Origin: Nitrospinales bacterium
Lineage (GTDB): Bacteria; Nitrospinota; Nitrospinia; Nitrospinales; VA-1
Assembly: GCA_965262115.1 (NCBI GenBank)
Contig: OZ253496.1
Coordinates: 608,001-672,000, forward strand
Direction of reading: 5' to 3'
DNA: 64,000 nt
The notes under the pieces were generated by a model that worked only from the letters and a program-made list of their open reading frames with translations, was not told the origin of the DNA and made no database searches. Below are positions 1-10,716 of the stretch, one piece after another (position 1 is the first letter of the stretch; each line of letters opens with the position of its first letter). Made by a program: the position numbers and the translations under genes.

Positions 1-107
1 CCTTAATTTTAAGTTTCCAATCACTTCAAAAAATACTGAGTCAGGTATAACTTAATTTAGCACATTTATCGATCCGAATTAAATCGCATAATTTATTATT
101 GTTATAT

Positions 108-136
108 TTGACACGACCGGTCAATAATCTTATGAT
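108..136 (+). promoter_or_regulatory. sigma70-type promoter upstream of LRR gene
   Basis: TTGACA (108-113), 17 nt spacer, TATGAT (131-136); ATG at 191. Confidence 0.65.
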
Positions 137-190
137 AAACTGATTATAGTAAAGCATTGTATTTAATGATTTTTTTCGCCTGAATTTTTT

Positions 191-685
191 ATGTCCGAAG
201 AACAAATTATTGATTTAAACAAGCTGGTTTCTGACAAAATGGAAAGAGTGGTTGCAGATGTCAACCTAGCCTTGGAAAACAAAAAACTGGGCGATGATGA
301 AATCATTCGCCTGGCAGAAATGGAAATTCTAGCCGAAGTGACCCATCTGGACCTTGGGGAAAACAATATCAGCGACAAAGGCTTAGCAGTGCTTTGCCAA
401 TCCCCTTACACAAAAAACCTGAAATCACTAAATTTGAAATCCAATAATATAACGGAAGCGGGAGCCCAGTCTTTAGCCCAGGCCGACAATCTGGTCAAAC
501 TGGAACAATTAATTTTAAAATTCAACCGCATAGGCGAACAGGGTGCACAATACCTGGCTAAATCAGAAACCCTTGTAAACCTGACCACATTGGACCTTTT
601 TCGCAACCGGATTGGAGAAGTTGGTTCCAAAGCCATCAAATCCTCAAAAAATTTTAGGCGAGTGAGCCGTCTCAGGCTTGACTGA
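191..685 (+). CDS. leucine-rich repeat protein (RNI-like LRR)
   Basis: Repeats LxxLxLxxNxIxxxGAxxLA (LDLGENNISDKG, LNLKSNNITEAGA, LILKFNRIGEQGA, LDLFRNRIGEVG). Confidence 0.85.
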   Translation: MSEEQIIDLNKLVSDKMERVVADVNLALENKKLGDDEIIRLAEMEILAEVTHLDLGENNISDKGLAVLCQSPYTKNLKSLNLKSNNITEAGAQSLAQADNLVKLEQLILKFNRIGEQGAQYLAKSETLVNLTTLDLFRNRIGEVGSKAIKSSKNFRRVSRLRLD

Positions 686-693
686 ATTATAAA

Positions 694-1116
694 ATGGATC
701 TATCAAGAGCCTATCCACGCAGTCCAAAATAAAAAATGGCCGGGCTGGTGCAATTAGCACGAATGGTCGATAAAGCCCGGTCCTTTAAAGAAAACCGGAT
801 CGCGGACTATATTTACCCCTGCCCACTCGACAAAATTATCCTCAATTTCCTGCGCATCGACTCTGACGTATTTGCCACAAAGGCCATGGATTGTGGAGAT
901 GACGAAATCAGCAAATGGTCCAAAGAAACATTAAAAAACAAAAAAGCCGCAGAGTTCGATTTCATCAATGATCAGATTCTTGAGCGAAGACCTGACTCTG
1001 AGGATCGACTAAAATATTTTTATGAAACCCGTGACAAGATTGATCCCTCGAGAACAGACGTGAACACCTGGGTCGACCTTCTGGACCTTGAAGAAGGCCA
1101 CTTGCCACCAAAATAA
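694..1116 (+). pseudogene. DUF5069-like protein with in-frame TAA at 730-732 (or shorter CDS from ATG 736)
   Basis: ATG 694 reads MDLSRAYPRSPK*KMAGLVQLARMVDKAR; PRSP..GL..L.RM.DKAR and Y.YPCPLD are typical of DUF5069. Confidence 0.6.
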
Positions 1117-1197
1117 TTTTTTTCTACACTTTTAGCTCATGCAACGACCACCCGTTTTTACCAGCCTGTTCCCCGCTTGACGTTATAACGATTGACC

Positions 1198-3585
1198 ATG
1201 AAAAAATCACTGAAAAATCAGAAGCCCACTAGACCAAAAAAGAAAAAAGAACGTTCCAGGTTCGGAAAAATTTTCTTTATCACGTTTTATTCCATCACCC
1301 TTTTTTGTTTGGTCGCAGGCTTTGTCGGAGCAGGCTTTATATATTTCCACTATTCTCAGGACCTTCCCGATGTCCGTGAACTAAAAAATTATCACCCCAG
1401 CACCATCACCCAGATTTATTCCGATGGGAATGAAAAAATCGCCGAGTTTTATATAGAAAAACGTATCATGATCCCGCTTGAGAATATTCCCCTGGCCTTG
1501 AAGCAGGCCTCTCTAGCGGTTGAGGACTCTAACTTCTACTATCACTTTGGCATTGACCCTAAAGCTATTTTCAGGGCTTTTATCACAAATCTGAAGGCCG
1601 GCCATGTGGTGGAAGGTGGAAGCACCATCACCCAGCAATTGTCCAAAACACTGTTTTTATCCAGCGAACGTACATTACCCCGAAAAATCAAGGAAGCTAT
1701 TCTAGCTGTCAGGCTGGAACTGGTTTTCACTAAGGATGAGATACTTGAAATGTATCTCAACCAGATTTATTACGGCCATGGCAGTTATGGTGTGGAAGCT
1801 GCCGCCCACACCTATTTTGGCAAAGGTGTTGCCGATCTAACCATAGCGGAATGCGCCCTGATTGCCAGTCTGCCAAAAGCCCCCAATCACTACTCGCCCT
1901 ATAAAGACCCGGAGCGTGGTCGAAAAAGAAGAAACCATACTATCCGCCGAATGGCCTACCTCTCCTTCATCACCAGGGAAGAAAAAAAACAGGCCCTGAA
2001 TGAAGAGCTTCATTTGGGTGAAGTCACCACCATGCTCAACAGGGCTCCTTATTTTGTGGAACATATACGGCAATTTCTTGAAGGGAAATATGGTAGCACC
2101 AAACTTTATCGCGGCGGTTTAAAAGTTTATACGACTCTCGATATTAATTTACAGGAATCCGCTCAGAGAGCTATCAAAGAAAATTTAAGAATCGCAGACA
2201 AACGATATGGATATCGAGGCCCGTTAGGCACCCTGTATTTATCCAAAGGAGAATCGGCCATCCAGGAAACTCTTATCAAAATGAACCAATTTGAAGAGGG
2301 TGAAAGCATCACAGAAGGCAAAATTATCAAAGGTGTTGTTTGGTCGGTGGGTGAAAAACAGGTAGAGGTTCTTTTAGGGCTCGATTTTGGAATCATTAAT
2401 ATTCTCGATATGAATTGGGCACGGCCTCCCAACACCCAGCTCGATGGAAGGTGGGAAAAAATCAGAAGTCCGAGCCAGGCTCTTGCTCCGGGAGATTTGA
2501 TTTTAGTAAAACCACTCAGGATTAAAAATGGAGGCTGGTCGCTGGCTCTTGAGCAAGAGCCGGATGTGGAAGGCAGTCTGGTAAGCCTGGATCCTAAAAC
2601 CGGCCATTTGAAGGCAATGGTCGGAGGTTATAACTTCTCCAAGAGCCAGTTTAACCGGGCCGTACAAGCCATTCGACAACCCGGCTCCGCCTTCAAACCC
2701 ATCATTTATGCCGCAGCCATCAAAGAAGGTTTTTCCCCTGCCAGCATCATCATAGACTCGCCGATAATATTTAAAGAAAAGGAAAATGCTTTTGACGAAT
2801 GGAAACCGGTGAATTTCGAACAAAAATTTTATGGACCAACATCACTGAGAACCGCCCTCACCCACTCCCGCAATGTGGTGACGGTCAAACTCATGCAAAA
2901 TATTGGAATAAAGGGAACCATCAGGCTGGCAAAGAGTATGGGAATATCGAGCAACCTGGAACCCAACCTGTCCATTTCTCTGGGATCATCGGGTTTAACA
3001 CTTTTCCAACTCACTTCTGCCTATTCGGCATTTGCCAATAACGGAACCCTGATCAAACCCAACGCAATCAGAAATATTAAAAACCGTAAAGGAGAAATTA
3101 TATACACTTCCACCCCCGAAATCACCCAGCCGATTGCGCCAGGTGTCGCTTATACCATCACAAGTTTATTGCAAAGTGTTGTAGAACATGGAACCGGTAA
3201 AAAAGTTAGAGTGCTTAATCGACCTGTAGCAGGAAAAACAGGCACCACCAATAATTGCGTAGATGCCTGGTTCATGGGCTACACACCCGATTTGGTAACC
3301 GGGGTTTGGGTCGGTAAGGACAAAGATGAATCTTTAGGAAGAAATGAAACGGGATCTCGCACTGCCATACCCATCTGGCTACAATTCATGCAGGAGGCTC
3401 TTGTCAATAAGCCCATCACTAATTTCCAAGCTCCAAGGGATATTCAGTATTTAAGAATCCTGCCGGAAGCAGGAGAGCCAGCTTCGTTCGACGAGCCCGG
3501 CTCCAGGTTCGAAATTTTCTTACAGGATCACCTCCCAGACAATGAGGAACCTTTCCTGGAAGATTCTTTTGAAGACACCTTTTGA
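1198..3585 (+). CDS. mrcA: penicillin-binding protein 1A (transglycosylase/transpeptidase)
   Basis: N-terminal TM helix; GT51 motifs EDSNFY, GGSTITQQ, RKIKE; TP motifs PGSAFK, SRN, KTGT. Confidence 0.93.
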   Translation: MKKSLKNQKPTRPKKKKERSRFGKIFFITFYSITLFCLVAGFVGAGFIYFHYSQDLPDVRELKNYHPSTITQIYSDGNEKIAEFYIEKRIMIPLENIPLALKQASLAVEDSNFYYHFGIDPKAIFRAFITNLKAGHVVEGGSTITQQLSKTLFLSSERTLPRKIKEAILAVRLELVFTKDEILEMYLNQIYYGHGSYGVEAAAHTYFGKGVADLTIAECALIASLPKAPNHYSPYKDPERGRKRRNHTIRRMAYLSFITREEKKQALNEELHLGEVTTMLNRAPYFVEHIRQFLEGKYGSTKLYRGGLKVYTTLDINLQESAQRAIKENLRIADKRYGYRGPLGTLYLSKGESAIQETLIKMNQFEEGESITEGKIIKGVVWSVGEKQVEVLLGLDFGIINILDMNWARPPNTQLDGRWEKIRSPSQALAPGDLILVKPLRIKNGGWSLALEQEPDVEGSLVSLDPKTGHLKAMVGGYNFSKSQFNRAVQAIRQPGSAFKPIIYAAAIKEGFSPASIIIDSPIIFKEKENAFDEWKPVNFEQKFYGPTSLRTALTHSRNVVTVKLMQNIGIKGTIRLAKSMGISSNLEPNLSISLGSSGLTLFQLTSAYSAFANNGTLIKPNAIRNIKNRKGEIIYTSTPEITQPIAPGVAYTITSLLQSVVEHGTGKKVRVLNRPVAGKTGTTNNCVDAWFMGYTPDLVTGVWVGKDKDESLGRNETGSRTAIPIWLQFMQEALVNKPITNFQAPRDIQYLRILPEAGEPASFDEPGSRFEIFLQDHLPDNEEPFLEDSFEDTF

Positions 3586-3597
3586 TTTATTTGGCTG

Positions 3598-5607
3598 CTA
3601 GTTTTGCTGAACAATTTTTTTTCTTTTTACCGTCAACGCAAAAATATTTTTCTCAGAATCTCCGGATGGAAGCAAGGTGGTCTTTCCTGTAACACCAGGA
3701 AAGTTTATAATGGTTTTTAAGCTTTCCTTAAGTTTAATTCGGTTATCCACACCTGCAAGAATATTTTTTATGACTATGTTTGCCGCATCAAAAGCCTGGG
3801 CCGACAAGTAGGTCGGCTCTTCACCAAAATTGGTTTTAAAATCCTCAACAAATTTTCTGACCTCTATCTGGTGAGAATCGGGATAGTAACCATCAACGAA
3901 ATAAACCGTCTTCAAATACTTCCCCCCTATCTTGACCAGTTCGGGAGAGTTCCAGCCATTTGCTCCCAGCAAGGTAATATTATTGACATTATAAAAAGCC
4001 AATTGTGGAATAATCAGACCCACTTTATCGTAGACCCCGGGAATAAAAATCGCGTCATAACTCAACTCCAGCGACACGTTCAATTTTTCGATATCATTCT
4101 CCGACCAATGCCCCATATCAAGTATGGGCCGAGATAAAACAGATGCATTACTGAAGTCCTGCGTCACACCCTCGCCCAGCAATAATTCGCGGACAATCTT
4201 CTCCAAGGCATCATCTTCGACACCTCCTAGTTCCAAAATCTGTTTTTTAAAATCGTTTTGGGTGCGTTCATATCCAGCAACCGCAACCACCTCTCCACCC
4301 AAGGACTTCACTTCATTGATGAAAATATCTTTCAATTCCAATCCAAAAGGTTCGAAAGGATGAAGAACAGCAAATCTTCTCAACTGGAGAGTGTTGACAG
4401 AATACCGCGCCAGGAATTTAGCCTGAATCTCCCGAGTCAAGGCATTACGGAATATAAATGGATTCATATCCACCAACCCCTGAGTTGAGGCTGTGGGTGA
4501 AAATATGGGGATTCGATAATGCCGGGCAACCTCACCAGCAACTTTAACCTCATCGCTTAACAAGGGTCCAATGATACCCACAACATTAGGCAGCCCAGAC
4601 AATTCAGCTATAATTTCATTCATCGGCAACTGGTGGCCCGAATCCCTCACTTCCAGCGCCAGTTTTTCACGAGCCTGGAAAGGAAGCTGATTCACTGCTA
4701 ACTGAATTCCCTGCAGAACCCTTTGCCCGGTCAGCGCAAGTTTGCCGGTCAAGGGAAGAACCACGCCTATTTTAATTTTAGACCCTGTATCTGCCTTAAT
4801 CTGGTTTAACCAATTCTCCACTTCAGCTTTACGAGAATGCGTGGGAAAAGTTGCAATGAACTTTTCAAGGCTTGCCATGTAGCTGGCAATATCCCTGACC
4901 TCTCGGAAAGAAGATATTTTTCTCAATAATAAAAGGTCTACCGGAAAACCGTTGCCTAACTTCTGAATCAATGCTGAGACCTGGGCTATCCCAAGTTTTT
5001 CGTTAATCAGGTTTTCGGCCACCTCGACTGCGTGTTTACGAATATCTTTGTTCTCAATTTGACCATGGACTTGTTTCAACTTGGTAAAAGCTTTTTCATA
5101 ATCCATTCGGCCGCCATTAATCCTGGCCAAGTAAACCATAATCTCCCATTTACGCTTTTTATCTGGAGATGATCGTAAAACTATTTTAAACAAGGATTCC
5201 GCCTGATCATAATTCGCTAATTCATAATGGCAGAGGGCCATGTTGAATCTCGCTGAATTTGCGAAAAGAGAATTCGAAAAACTCTGCAAAAGAATTTGAT
5301 AAAAACGGATGGCCGTGGAATAAGAACGACTTGACTGATCTATGCGACCGAGACGAAATAACGCCTGATGGCTTCTTTTTCCCGATGGATTTTGCGATAA
5401 ATAGTCATGATAAGGTAGCTTGGCACCGAGAAAATCTCCCGAATGAAACAGGTACTCGGCCTGCAAGAAAGGATCTCCCTGCAAATCAGGCATGTTCTGC
5501 TTTATTTTACCATTTCCTGAAGCATCTTCTTCAGGTCCAGCATAGGCCAGCCCGAAAATGCTGAGCAGACAAAGCAAAATAAAATAAATTCTAACTGTTC
5601 TTATCAA
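3598..5607 (-). CDS. TPR + periplasmic-binding (LppC/LpoA-like) penicillin-binding protein activator
   Basis: Signal peptide, TPR repeats, then IGVVLPLTG and IIGPLLS type-1 PBP fold; convergent with PBP1A. Confidence 0.7.
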   Translation of the reverse strand: MIRTVRIYFILLCLLSIFGLAYAGPEEDASGNGKIKQNMPDLQGDPFLQAEYLFHSGDFLGAKLPYHDYLSQNPSGKRSHQALFRLGRIDQSSRSYSTAIRFYQILLQSFSNSLFANSARFNMALCHYELANYDQAESLFKIVLRSSPDKKRKWEIMVYLARINGGRMDYEKAFTKLKQVHGQIENKDIRKHAVEVAENLINEKLGIAQVSALIQKLGNGFPVDLLLLRKISSFREVRDIASYMASLEKFIATFPTHSRKAEVENWLNQIKADTGSKIKIGVVLPLTGKLALTGQRVLQGIQLAVNQLPFQAREKLALEVRDSGHQLPMNEIIAELSGLPNVVGIIGPLLSDEVKVAGEVARHYRIPIFSPTASTQGLVDMNPFIFRNALTREIQAKFLARYSVNTLQLRRFAVLHPFEPFGLELKDIFINEVKSLGGEVVAVAGYERTQNDFKKQILELGGVEDDALEKIVRELLLGEGVTQDFSNASVLSRPILDMGHWSENDIEKLNVSLELSYDAIFIPGVYDKVGLIIPQLAFYNVNNITLLGANGWNSPELVKIGGKYLKTVYFVDGYYPDSHQIEVRKFVEDFKTNFGEEPTYLSAQAFDAANIVIKNILAGVDNRIKLKESLKTIINFPGVTGKTTLLPSGDSEKNIFALTVKRKKIVQQN

Positions 5608-5625
5608 TCGATTTTCGAATTCCTA

Positions 5626-7017
5626 TTAATCATCATTTTTTGATTTATCTTTTAATTTGTGCTTTCCAATCCGATACCTCATTGAGCGAAAACTGAGATT
5701 CAATTTTTCCGCCGCCTTGTTAATAATGCCATCAGAACGCATCAAGGCATTGGCTATCATTTTCATTTCGATTTGATCCAGAGTTTTTTCCAGATCAATA
5801 TCAGTCTGGTCGAGCCCCGGAACCTGTATTTTATCTGGAGATGGTTGCCCTAGTAGTTCATCCGGCAAGCTGGTTTTGCGAATCCTTTCCGCTGTTTCCA
5901 GAACCACTGCCCTCTCAATAATATTTTCCAGTTCTCTCACATTTCCCGGCCATGGATACCATTCAAAAACTCTCAAGGCATCCGAATCTATTCCTTGAAT
6001 ATAGGTTTTATTGTGCCTAGCATTGTACTTATTGATAAAAAATTCAACCAAATCTGGAATATCCTCCTTGCGTTCTCTTAAAGGAGGAAGATGACTAGGA
6101 ATGACATTTAACCGGTAATACAAATCTTCACGGAAGGATTTCTTCTCCACTAAACCCGAAAGGTTGCTATTGGTCGCCGCAATGATTCTCAAGTCCACAG
6201 GAATAGACTTGGTGCCCCCCAATCGCATGATTTCATGCTCCTGCAGAACACGCAGCAGTTTGACCTGGGTCGACAAAGGAGCCTCGCCCACTTCATCAAA
6301 AAAGAATGAACCCTTATTGGCAGATTCCATCAACCCCAATTTCAGGGAATCGGCACTGGTGAACGCTCCTTTTTCATGCCCGAACAATTCACTTTCAAGA
6401 ATGTTTTCCGGCATGGCTCCACAATTGATGGAGACAAAGGGATAATTTTTTCTATTGCCATTAAAGTGGATGGCTTTCGCGATAAGCTCTTTGCCTGTAC
6501 CACTTTCACCGGTGATCAATACGGTTGCTTTGCTCTGGGCAACCTTTTCCACCAGATCAAAGATTTTCTGTATCGAACTGGACTTTCCTATGACATTTAA
6601 AATCTGAAAACGGTCATTCAATGCGGTTTTTAAAAACCGGTTTTCCGTAGAAAGTTTTCGCTTTTCTAAAGCGTTCTTGACGATCAGATGAATATCTTCG
6701 ATTTTGAATGGCTTGGAAATATAATCGTAGGCACCCTTTTTCATGGCGGTCACAGCTGTTTCTGCAGAAGCATAAGCCGTCATCATCACAACTGGGGTGT
6801 CGGGCAGGGCATTCCGGGCCGCATCCAAAACATCTATACCATTGGAGCGCCCCATGCGGATATCGGTCAGAACCAGATCAAAATTATTTTCACGAATCAG
6901 CTTGATGGCTTTTTCGACACTGGGAGCGGTTACAACCTGATAACCTTCCTCTTCAAGCATAATGACCAGGAAGTCCCGCAAGCTTTTTTCATCGTCCGCA
7001 ACCAGAATGGAACTCAT
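5626..7017 (-). CDS. sigma54-dependent response regulator (PilR/NtrC family)
   Basis: Receiver domain (ADDE, LTDIRM, AYDYISKPF); AAA+ with GESGTGKE and GAFTSA; Fis-type HTH with LSFRSMRYR as in PilR. Confidence 0.9.
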   Translation of the reverse strand: MSSILVADDEKSLRDFLVIMLEEEGYQVVTAPSVEKAIKLIRENNFDLVLTDIRMGRSNGIDVLDAARNALPDTPVVMMTAYASAETAVTAMKKGAYDYISKPFKIEDIHLIVKNALEKRKLSTENRFLKTALNDRFQILNVIGKSSSIQKIFDLVEKVAQSKATVLITGESGTGKELIAKAIHFNGNRKNYPFVSINCGAMPENILESELFGHEKGAFTSADSLKLGLMESANKGSFFFDEVGEAPLSTQVKLLRVLQEHEIMRLGGTKSIPVDLRIIAATNSNLSGLVEKKSFREDLYYRLNVIPSHLPPLRERKEDIPDLVEFFINKYNARHNKTYIQGIDSDALRVFEWYPWPGNVRELENIIERAVVLETAERIRKTSLPDELLGQPSPDKIQVPGLDQTDIDLEKTLDQIEMKMIANALMRSDGIINKAAEKLNLSFRSMRYRIGKHKLKDKSKNDD

Positions 7018-7106
7018 ACTAAGATTTTATCGCCATTCTTACCTGTAAATCAATAAAGGTTCATGAAAACTTTTGCGAAATAAAGACTAGCCTGGGATGA
7101 GCCACA

Positions 7107-8312
7107 TCAACGATTAAAGGTCTCCGCATAGAGCTTTAAACGCAGGGCGTTGAGTTTTATGAATCCTTCCGCATCATCCTGGCTGTAACCATGACTCTCT
7201 TCGAAACTGGCAATATTCTGGTTGTACAGCGATTTTTCAGCCTTTCGGCCTATGACAATGCAGTTGCCCTTATACAGTTTCAGTCTGACTTCGCCAGTAA
7301 CATTGGCCTGAGCATGGTCCATGGTTTGCTGGAGTAGCTCCCTTTCGGGAGAAAACCAGAAACCGTTATAGATCATCTTGGCATAGGAGGGGATCAAAGA
7401 ATCACGGAGAAAAGCGACTTCCCGGTCCAAGGTGACAGATTCAACTGCCCGATGAGCTTCATGCAGAATCGTTCCACCCGGGGTTTCATAGACCCCGCGT
7501 GACTTCATCCCGACAAAGCGGTTCTCCACAATATCAATACGACCTATTCCGTTTTCCCCACCATGCTGGTTTAGACGCTCCAGCAAAAATGCCGGGCTCA
7601 TTTTCTCTCCGTTTATGGCAACAGGATTTCCCCGCTCGTAAGCAATCTCTATGGTAGTGGGCTTATCAGGGGCCGCTTCAGGGGTCACTGACAACAAAAA
7701 CATATCATCATGCGGCTCATACCACGGATCTTCCAACACCCCTCCCTCATAGCTAATATGAAACAAATTACGATCCGTGCTATAGGGCTTGGCCTTGGTG
7801 ACAGGAACGGAAATCTCGTGCGTCACTGCATAATCGATCAATGCCGTCCTGGAGTTAAGATCCCATTCACGCCAGGGGGAAATAATCTTTATTTCGGGAT
7901 TGAGCGTGTGGTAAGCCAGCTCAAAACGAACCTGGTCATTGCCTTTACCCGTCGAACCATGCGACACCCCATCTGCCCCTTCCAGGTTGGCAATTCGTAT
8001 CTGCTCTTTGGAAATCAAAGGCCGGGCAATAGAGGTTCCCAAAAGATAATTGTGTTCATAAAACGCATTGGCCCGAAGCATGGGAAAGACAAAATCTCTG
8101 ATAAATTCTTCCCGCAGGTCTTCGATATAAACCTTGCTGGCCCCGGTTGCCAGGGCCTTCTCCCTGACCGGTTCCAATTCCTGGCCCTGCCCCACATCAG
8201 CAGCAAAAGCGATGATTTCGCAATCATATTTTTCCTTAAGCCATTTGATAATAACGGAGGTATCCAGTCCACCTGAGTAGGCCAATACAATTTTCTTAAA
8301 TTTAGTTACCAT
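7107..8312 (-). CDS. argG: argininosuccinate synthase
   Basis: [41 protein letters not shown]; start taken at ATG 8312. Confidence 0.97.
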   Translation of the reverse strand: MVTKFKKIVLAYSGGLDTSVIIKWLKEKYDCEIIAFAADVGQGQELEPVREKALATGASKVYIEDLREEFIRDFVFPMLRANAFYEHNYLLGTSIARPLISKEQIRIANLEGADGVSHGSTGKGNDQVRFELAYHTLNPEIKIISPWREWDLNSRTALIDYAVTHEISVPVTKAKPYSTDRNLFHISYEGGVLEDPWYEPHDDMFLLSVTPEAAPDKPTTIEIAYERGNPVAINGEKMSPAFLLERLNQHGGENGIGRIDIVENRFVGMKSRGVYETPGGTILHEAHRAVESVTLDREVAFLRDSLIPSYAKMIYNGFWFSPERELLQQTMDHAQANVTGEVRLKLYKGNCIVIGRKAEKSLYNQNIASFEESHGYSQDDAEGFIKLNALRLKLYAETFNR

Positions 8313-8375
8313 AACTGCTTTCTTTTCCAGGTTAAATAATTCCGCTAGTAATCCTGAATTCAAACAATGATCAAT

Positions 8376-9308
8376 TCACGAAACAAGGGCATATTGGGCA
8401 GCCCCCAGCAAAGGGGCAAATTCATCCATCACCACTTTCACAGGGGTCTCCAAAAGATACTTTTCGAACCTGCCCTTGGAAAGAAACGCCTTCATAAATT
8501 CCCCTTCTTGTAACAAGGGTACGATCTTCGGAGCAATACCTCCGCCAAGATAAACCCCGCCATCCGATAAATATTGCAACGCTAAATTTCCGGCCAAGGC
8601 TCCATACAGGGAAATAAATAGTTTTATAGTTTTCTCACAAACCGGAGAAGTTTTTGCGAGGGCTCTTTCAACGATAGTAGCAGGAGAATCGACAACCTCA
8701 TGTTCCACCGTCTTGAAAAATCCATAAATATCCAACAAGCCGGACCCTGATAATACGCGCTCTATGCTGACCCTGGAATATTTTTTTTGCAGAAAAAATA
8801 AAAGCTCCGCTTCCAATTCATTCCGGGGAGAAAAATCACAATGTCCTCCCTCGGAATCCATAACAATATATTTGCCATTTTTCTCAGGCACCAGGAAGGC
8901 CTGCCCCAAACCCGTGCCAGCTGAAACCACCGATATTCTTGCTTCACTTACAGGGGTTCCGGCTTGAATGACCTCAAAGGATTCAGAACCCAATAAAGGA
9001 ATCGCATATGCCATCGCGGCCAAATCGTTGATCAACCAGACCGCATCCACGCCTAAGTTTTCCCTTAAGCGCTCTGCCTCAACCTGCCAGGAAAGGTTGG
9101 TCAACCGGCATTTTTCGTCAATGACACGACCGGCTACGCCAAAGCAGGATTTCTCAACCTTTGAATCGTTGTTCTTTAAAAAATCGTCCAGTACCTTCTC
9201 AATACTGGAAAAGTCCCGGCTCTCATAACGCTTTTCCGTTATCCGTGTTCTGCCATCAAAAAGAGCCAGGTTGACCTTGGTTCCCCCGATATCCCCCGCC
9301 AGTATCAT
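8376..9308 (-). CDS. glk: glucokinase
   Basis: LAGDIGGTK, LIND, AGTGLG, SEGGH, ERVLSG, GGVYLGGGIAPK. Confidence 0.93.
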   Translation of the reverse strand: MILAGDIGGTKVNLALFDGRTRITEKRYESRDFSSIEKVLDDFLKNNDSKVEKSCFGVAGRVIDEKCRLTNLSWQVEAERLRENLGVDAVWLINDLAAMAYAIPLLGSESFEVIQAGTPVSEARISVVSAGTGLGQAFLVPEKNGKYIVMDSEGGHCDFSPRNELEAELLFFLQKKYSRVSIERVLSGSGLLDIYGFFKTVEHEVVDSPATIVERALAKTSPVCEKTIKLFISLYGALAGNLALQYLSDGGVYLGGGIAPKIVPLLQEGEFMKAFLSKGRFEKYLLETPVKVVMDEFAPLLGAAQYALVS

Positions 9309-10549
9309 CTGAGAAACGAACGGATGCGCTCGTCCAGCGCATTCTGGTCTTTGGTAAAAGACTGTAACGCCGATTGCGTCATCAAGTCATCCAGCGCAAC
9401 GGATTCGGGCCAAACCGACAAGTCAGGAATTTTTCCATGATCCTGGATTTTCTTTAAATCGTCATCGCTGAAAGGATGAAACAGGTTGACTCCTCGATCA
9501 CGCGCAATTCCAGCCAGTTCCTTTCCCTGCATGGAATCCAGTTCCGGTGTGTCAATCAGAGCATTCACAAAATCTTTGAACTCGTCAGACAGTTGCCAAA
9601 GCTCTGGAAAACGCTTTGCAAGGGCGTGTTGCGGATCAATCCCCGGTTCAATAGGATCATTAATATGAGACTCCACCTGCTCAAAGGATTTCCCGGATTC
9701 CTGAAACTCTTTCATAGCCTTGGGAGGAATGGTCAACACATCCAGTCCGGCCAGAAAAGCCACCTGTTCGCCGTTTCTTATACTGGCGGCAATCAATCGT
9801 GATCCCACATCTTTGTGCTTATCCCGCACTGACCGCAACGCCTGTTGGGTCGCCAACGTCACTTTTTCCCCCACCAGTTCTCCCGTTCCGGCTTTATGGT
9901 CCATCACCAATTGATTCAACCTGCCAAAAAATACGTTCACAAAATCAGGATTGGCTAAACGCGCTGCCAGATAATTTTGTCGGACCGAAAACCCCAAAGT
10001 AAAATTAATGGGAACTCCTTCCTGTCTTAAAGTGCGAACCGCCAGATACCCTTCAGGTGTCAGGGGCACTTTAACAGTAAAATATTGTGGGCAAACCTTG
10101 TAATATCGGCTACCAAAATGAAGGGTGCGCTCTATATTCCGGGACACGACCGGGTGCAATTCGACACTGACTTTCACCTTGAAAGCTTGGACCAGACGCA
10201 GGGCAATCTTGCAATTGATCACAAAACCCACCTCCAAAATCATTTCCTCTTCAGACAACTCCAACCCTTCCTGCTGAATTTTTTGGATGGTGTCTTCAAT
10301 GACCTTATCCATAATCCCACTTTGCACCACTTGGTTTGCCAAGGTGTTATTGGTGGTCAAAGCCGTGAGTTCGTTTTTCCATATCTCTTGGGCTTTCTCC
10401 AACTCGCCTGTGTCGATCCAAACCTCACTGCCAAGGGCTTTCAATCTGGCTAATAAAGGATCAGATTCGCTCCGGGGTGACTCCCCTTCAATCTTTTCAA
10501 AAGCCAGCCCATGCAGAACCTCTTCCAGCTTTTGGCTCACAGTATCCAT
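9305..10549 (-). CDS. transaldolase family protein
   Basis: WIDTG, TTNNTL, VSVE, VKVPLTPEG (Schiff-base Lys), INFTLGFS, LIAASIR. Confidence 0.8.
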   Translation of the reverse strand: MDTVSQKLEEVLHGLAFEKIEGESPRSESDPLLARLKALGSEVWIDTGELEKAQEIWKNELTALTTNNTLANQVVQSGIMDKVIEDTIQKIQQEGLELSEEEMILEVGFVINCKIALRLVQAFKVKVSVELHPVVSRNIERTLHFGSRYYKVCPQYFTVKVPLTPEGYLAVRTLRQEGVPINFTLGFSVRQNYLAARLANPDFVNVFFGRLNQLVMDHKAGTGELVGEKVTLATQQALRSVRDKHKDVGSRLIAASIRNGEQVAFLAGLDVLTIPPKAMKEFQESGKSFEQVESHINDPIEPGIDPQHALAKRFPELWQLSDEFKDFVNALIDTPELDSMQGKELAGIARDRGVNLFHPFSDDDLKKIQDHGKIPDLSVWPESVALDDLMTQSALQSFTKDQNALDERIRSFLR

Positions 10550-10615
10550 ATGTAGTTATCCTTTCTAAAAAAAGAGACCCTCACACAATTTAGCTGACAT
10601 CGAAAGAAGCAATAT

Positions 10616-10695
10616 TACCCCTTCTACCCCTTCGGGGCATGAAAGCTAATGAAGAGGGCATAACAGGGGCACGAACACTATGGTTAAATATCACG
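10616..10695 (+). repeat. 41-nt mini-element (10625-10665) nested inside a diverged 39-nt copy (10616-10624 + 10666-10695)
   Basis: Inner copy TACCCCTTCGGGGCATGAAAGCTAATGAAGAGGGCATAACA; removing it rejoins TACCCCTTC|GGGGCACGAACACTATGGTTAAATATCACG. Confidence 0.8.
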
Positions 10696-10716
10696 CGCTC
10701 TTTGCCAAAGGTCTCT

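Noticed and set aside
10616..10695. Mini-element copies as a CRISPR array
   Set aside because: Copies are dispersed or nested, not regularly spaced; no cas genes in the window
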